From an uncultured Lachnospiraceae bacterium (GTDB lineage Bacteria > Bacillota > Clostridia > Oscillospirales > CAG-272): a stretch of DNA of 59,965 bases. The stretch's first letter is position 1. Every line of letters starts with the position of its first letter. The stretch spans positions 1 to 59,965 of the forward strand of contig CAZCJU010000004.1 in the NCBI GenBank assembly GCA_964498965.1, written 5' to 3'. Made by a program: the position numbers and the translations under genes. The notes beneath the pieces are model-generated. The model saw only the letters and a program-made list of their open reading frames with translations, was not told the DNA's origin and searched no databases. Shown here one piece after another: positions 58,084 through 59,965 of the stretch.

Positions 58084-58320
58084 TTGTTGTCAAATGTTCC
58101 CGTTTTTTATTTTTCTTCTGCGTAGTGTTACAATCGAAAAAATATAGAAAAAGCGATCGAGTTTCGTTAAAACAGAATCGCCGCAATCACTCAACAGAAA
58201 GGACTCGATCGCTTCATGAAAGATCATACCCATACAGAACATTTGTTTACCGATATCCTCGGTGACGGTTTTGAATATTTGTCGTAGATAATGGGAATAC
58301 TATTTGCTTCACACAAGAGT

Positions 58321-58356
58321 TTATCCCGTCTGCTCGGAATAGAACAGACGGGATAA
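58321..58356 (-). terminator. Hairpin terminator after the surface protein gene
   Basis: TTATCCCGTCTG...CAGACGGGATAA. Confidence 0.7.
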
Positions 58357-58370
58357 ATTATTTTATTCGC

Positions 58371-59965
58371 TTAATTTACAAAGTGCTTTTTCTTTTTACT
58401 GTATGCTACTGTGCCTACCAAAGTGCCGCCGCTGACAAGAGCAAAAGCAATCCAAAGTGTCATGTGGCTGTTATCTCCGGTTTTGGGGCTTTCGATTTTT
58501 TCAAGCTTTGCGATAACGGTATCGGCAAGAGTGATTTCGTTTTTGCCGTCTTTATCGCTGAAATACTTGCCGCATTCCTCACAATGCCAATATTCCGTAT
58601 TGCCCTCCGCATCGACCGTTGCCGCTTTTGCTTCGGTATGCTTCAGCGTGGTGTGGTTATCGGCATTAACTTCGCCGTATTCCGTACCGCAGACTTCACA
58701 TTTCGCCTTGTGAGTACAATCTGCTGTGCCGCCGGTGTGTTCTGAAATAACCGTAACTTCCTTGGTTGATGTGAAATCAAAACCGTCAGATGTTTTTGCG
58801 CAAACGATAAGTTTGAACGAGCTTTCATTCTCAATTTCATCAGCCGGAATTATAATTGTATACACACCGTTTTCGTAAGTCGGAGTTAAATCGCCGGTGT
58901 CCTTGTTTTCAAAGTCATAGCCGTAAACAACATCGGTTGAGCCTTCGGGGAGTGTGAAAGTGAATTCCCAATCGTGACCTTCACAAACGGTATCGTTTCC
59001 GTTGATTTCAAACTGCGGAATGTCTGATTTTTCGGTTTCGTGGTCACAATATTTGCATTTCTGCCAATACTGTCCGTTTTCGTTCTGCCATTCGTAGGTA
59101 TGTCCGTCATTCACGGTAACGGTCATTTCGGTTTTATTGCCTGCTTTGTCGGTAACAACGATTTTCTGTTCGCCCTCTGCGGGGGACAGAGTGAACTGTC
59201 CGTTTGTGTCAGGCGTTACGGGATTTCCGTTTACCGTTACGGTATCAACATATTTTTCCGTTACGGTTACGGTCTGTGCAGAGCAGTAGGTTTTGCCATC
59301 TGTAACACCCGAAATAACGGGTGCAACATTGTCAAGCACGATACCGTTTGAGTTAATATATGCTGCATTGCCTGTCGTATCGGTCAACTTTGCATAAATA
59401 ACATATTCATTATTCGGTTCAATGTTGAATTTTCCGTTGTATGCGGTAAAGGTTGCCTTTGCAAGCTCATCTGCCGTAAGCTCTTTATCGCTGAGCAAAT
59501 ATTCTATCGTTACATCCTCGCCGCTGTTGTCTGTTGCGGTGATCGTTACCTCCTGCGTGTCCTTAAAGAACAGACCGAAGGTGATATTGTTAAGGAAACT
59601 TCTCCAGCCGTTTGTGCCGAGTTTAATTTCACCTGTCGGTGCGGCAATGTCCTTCCATTGTGCCGTAAGCGGAACACTCATAACGGTATCGGATTCTGCC
59701 AATTCCGCATAAGCGGTATCGGCTGTGACGGTTACATTTTCGCATTTCCAACCCGTAAACTCATAACCGTCCCTTGTCGGATTTGTAATACCTTCAAGCA
59801 CCTTATCCGTCCACTTAACATTTGTTTTTGGGTTTTCGGAAGTGCCGCCTGCGGTGTCAAAGGTTACGGTATATTTGCTGTTTTCCTCCCACTGTGCCGT
59901 GAGGGTAATGCCCGTAACGGTATCATCTGCAACCAAATCTTTATAGGCTGTATCGGCGGTTATGT
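58371..59965 (-). CDS. Large cell-surface protein, 5'-truncated by the window: InlB B-type repeats, Ig-like domains, Cys/His-rich repeats, sortase-like anchor
   Basis: Frame open to the window edge; YTVTFDTAGG...PTRDGYEFTGW...LTAQW repeats; DKAGN Ig motifs; C.VCG and YWHCEECGKYF; SPKTGD plus TM plus KKKK. Confidence 0.85.
   Translation of the reverse strand, partial: ITADTAYKDLVADDTVTGITLTAQWEENSKYTVTFDTAGGTSENPKTNVKWTDKVLEGITNPTRDGYEFTGWKCENVTVTADTAYAELAESDTVMSVPLTAQWKDIAAPTGEIKLGTNGWRSFLNNITFGLFFKDTQEVTITATDNSGEDVTIEYLLSDKELTADELAKATFTAYNGKFNIEPNNEYVIYAKLTDTTGNAAYINSNGIVLDNVAPVISGVTDGKTYCSAQTVTVTEKYVDTVTVNGNPVTPDTNGQFTLSPAEGEQKIVVTDKAGNKTEMTVTVNDGHTYEWQNENGQYWQKCKYCDHETEKSDIPQFEINGNDTVCEGHDWEFTFTLPEGSTDVVYGYDFENKDTGDLTPTYENGVYTIIIPADEIENESSFKLIVCAKTSDGFDFTSTKEVTVISEHTGGTADCTHKAKCEVCGTEYGEVNADNHTTLKHTEAKAATVDAEGNTEYWHCEECGKYFSDKDGKNEITLADTVIAKLEKIESPKTGDNSHMTLWIAFALVSGGTLVGTVAYSKKKKHFVN

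Overview
Chromosomal segment of a spore-forming Clostridia-type bacterium (Bacillota). It carries spo0A, spoIIID, ylbJ, yqfC/yqfD and a cwlD-like amidase. From left to right: three tRNA genes with a decayed cluster of REP-like repeats; membrane-anchored CBM9-like and GH99-like glycan proteins; a putative tmk-gpmI-(GAP1-N2/GAP1-M-like protein)-polA operon; sporulation regulators; a GH2, a serine hydrolase, a radical SAM protein and a tandem AlgX/AlgJ-like protein; a Ca2+ P-type ATPase; an orphan mazF/ndoA; an XRE regulator divergent from a TM2-domain gene with a twin operator; cimA-leuA-leuC-leuD-leuB; comEC; a two-component system; a Xer-type recombinase; radA, mnmA and serC-serA; and the 3' part of a large sortase-type surface protein. 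No CRISPR array, rRNA, intact transposase or prophage was seen. The most unusual items are a degenerate stand-alone GAP1-type conflict-system protein inside a housekeeping operon, the XRE/TM2 operator module, a palindromic site upstream of the Xer gene, an antitoxin-less MazF, several enzymes with dead or extra domains, and an apparent strong GCGC depletion that seems relaxed in leuA-cimA. All calls come from motif recognition by eye; no database searches were run.
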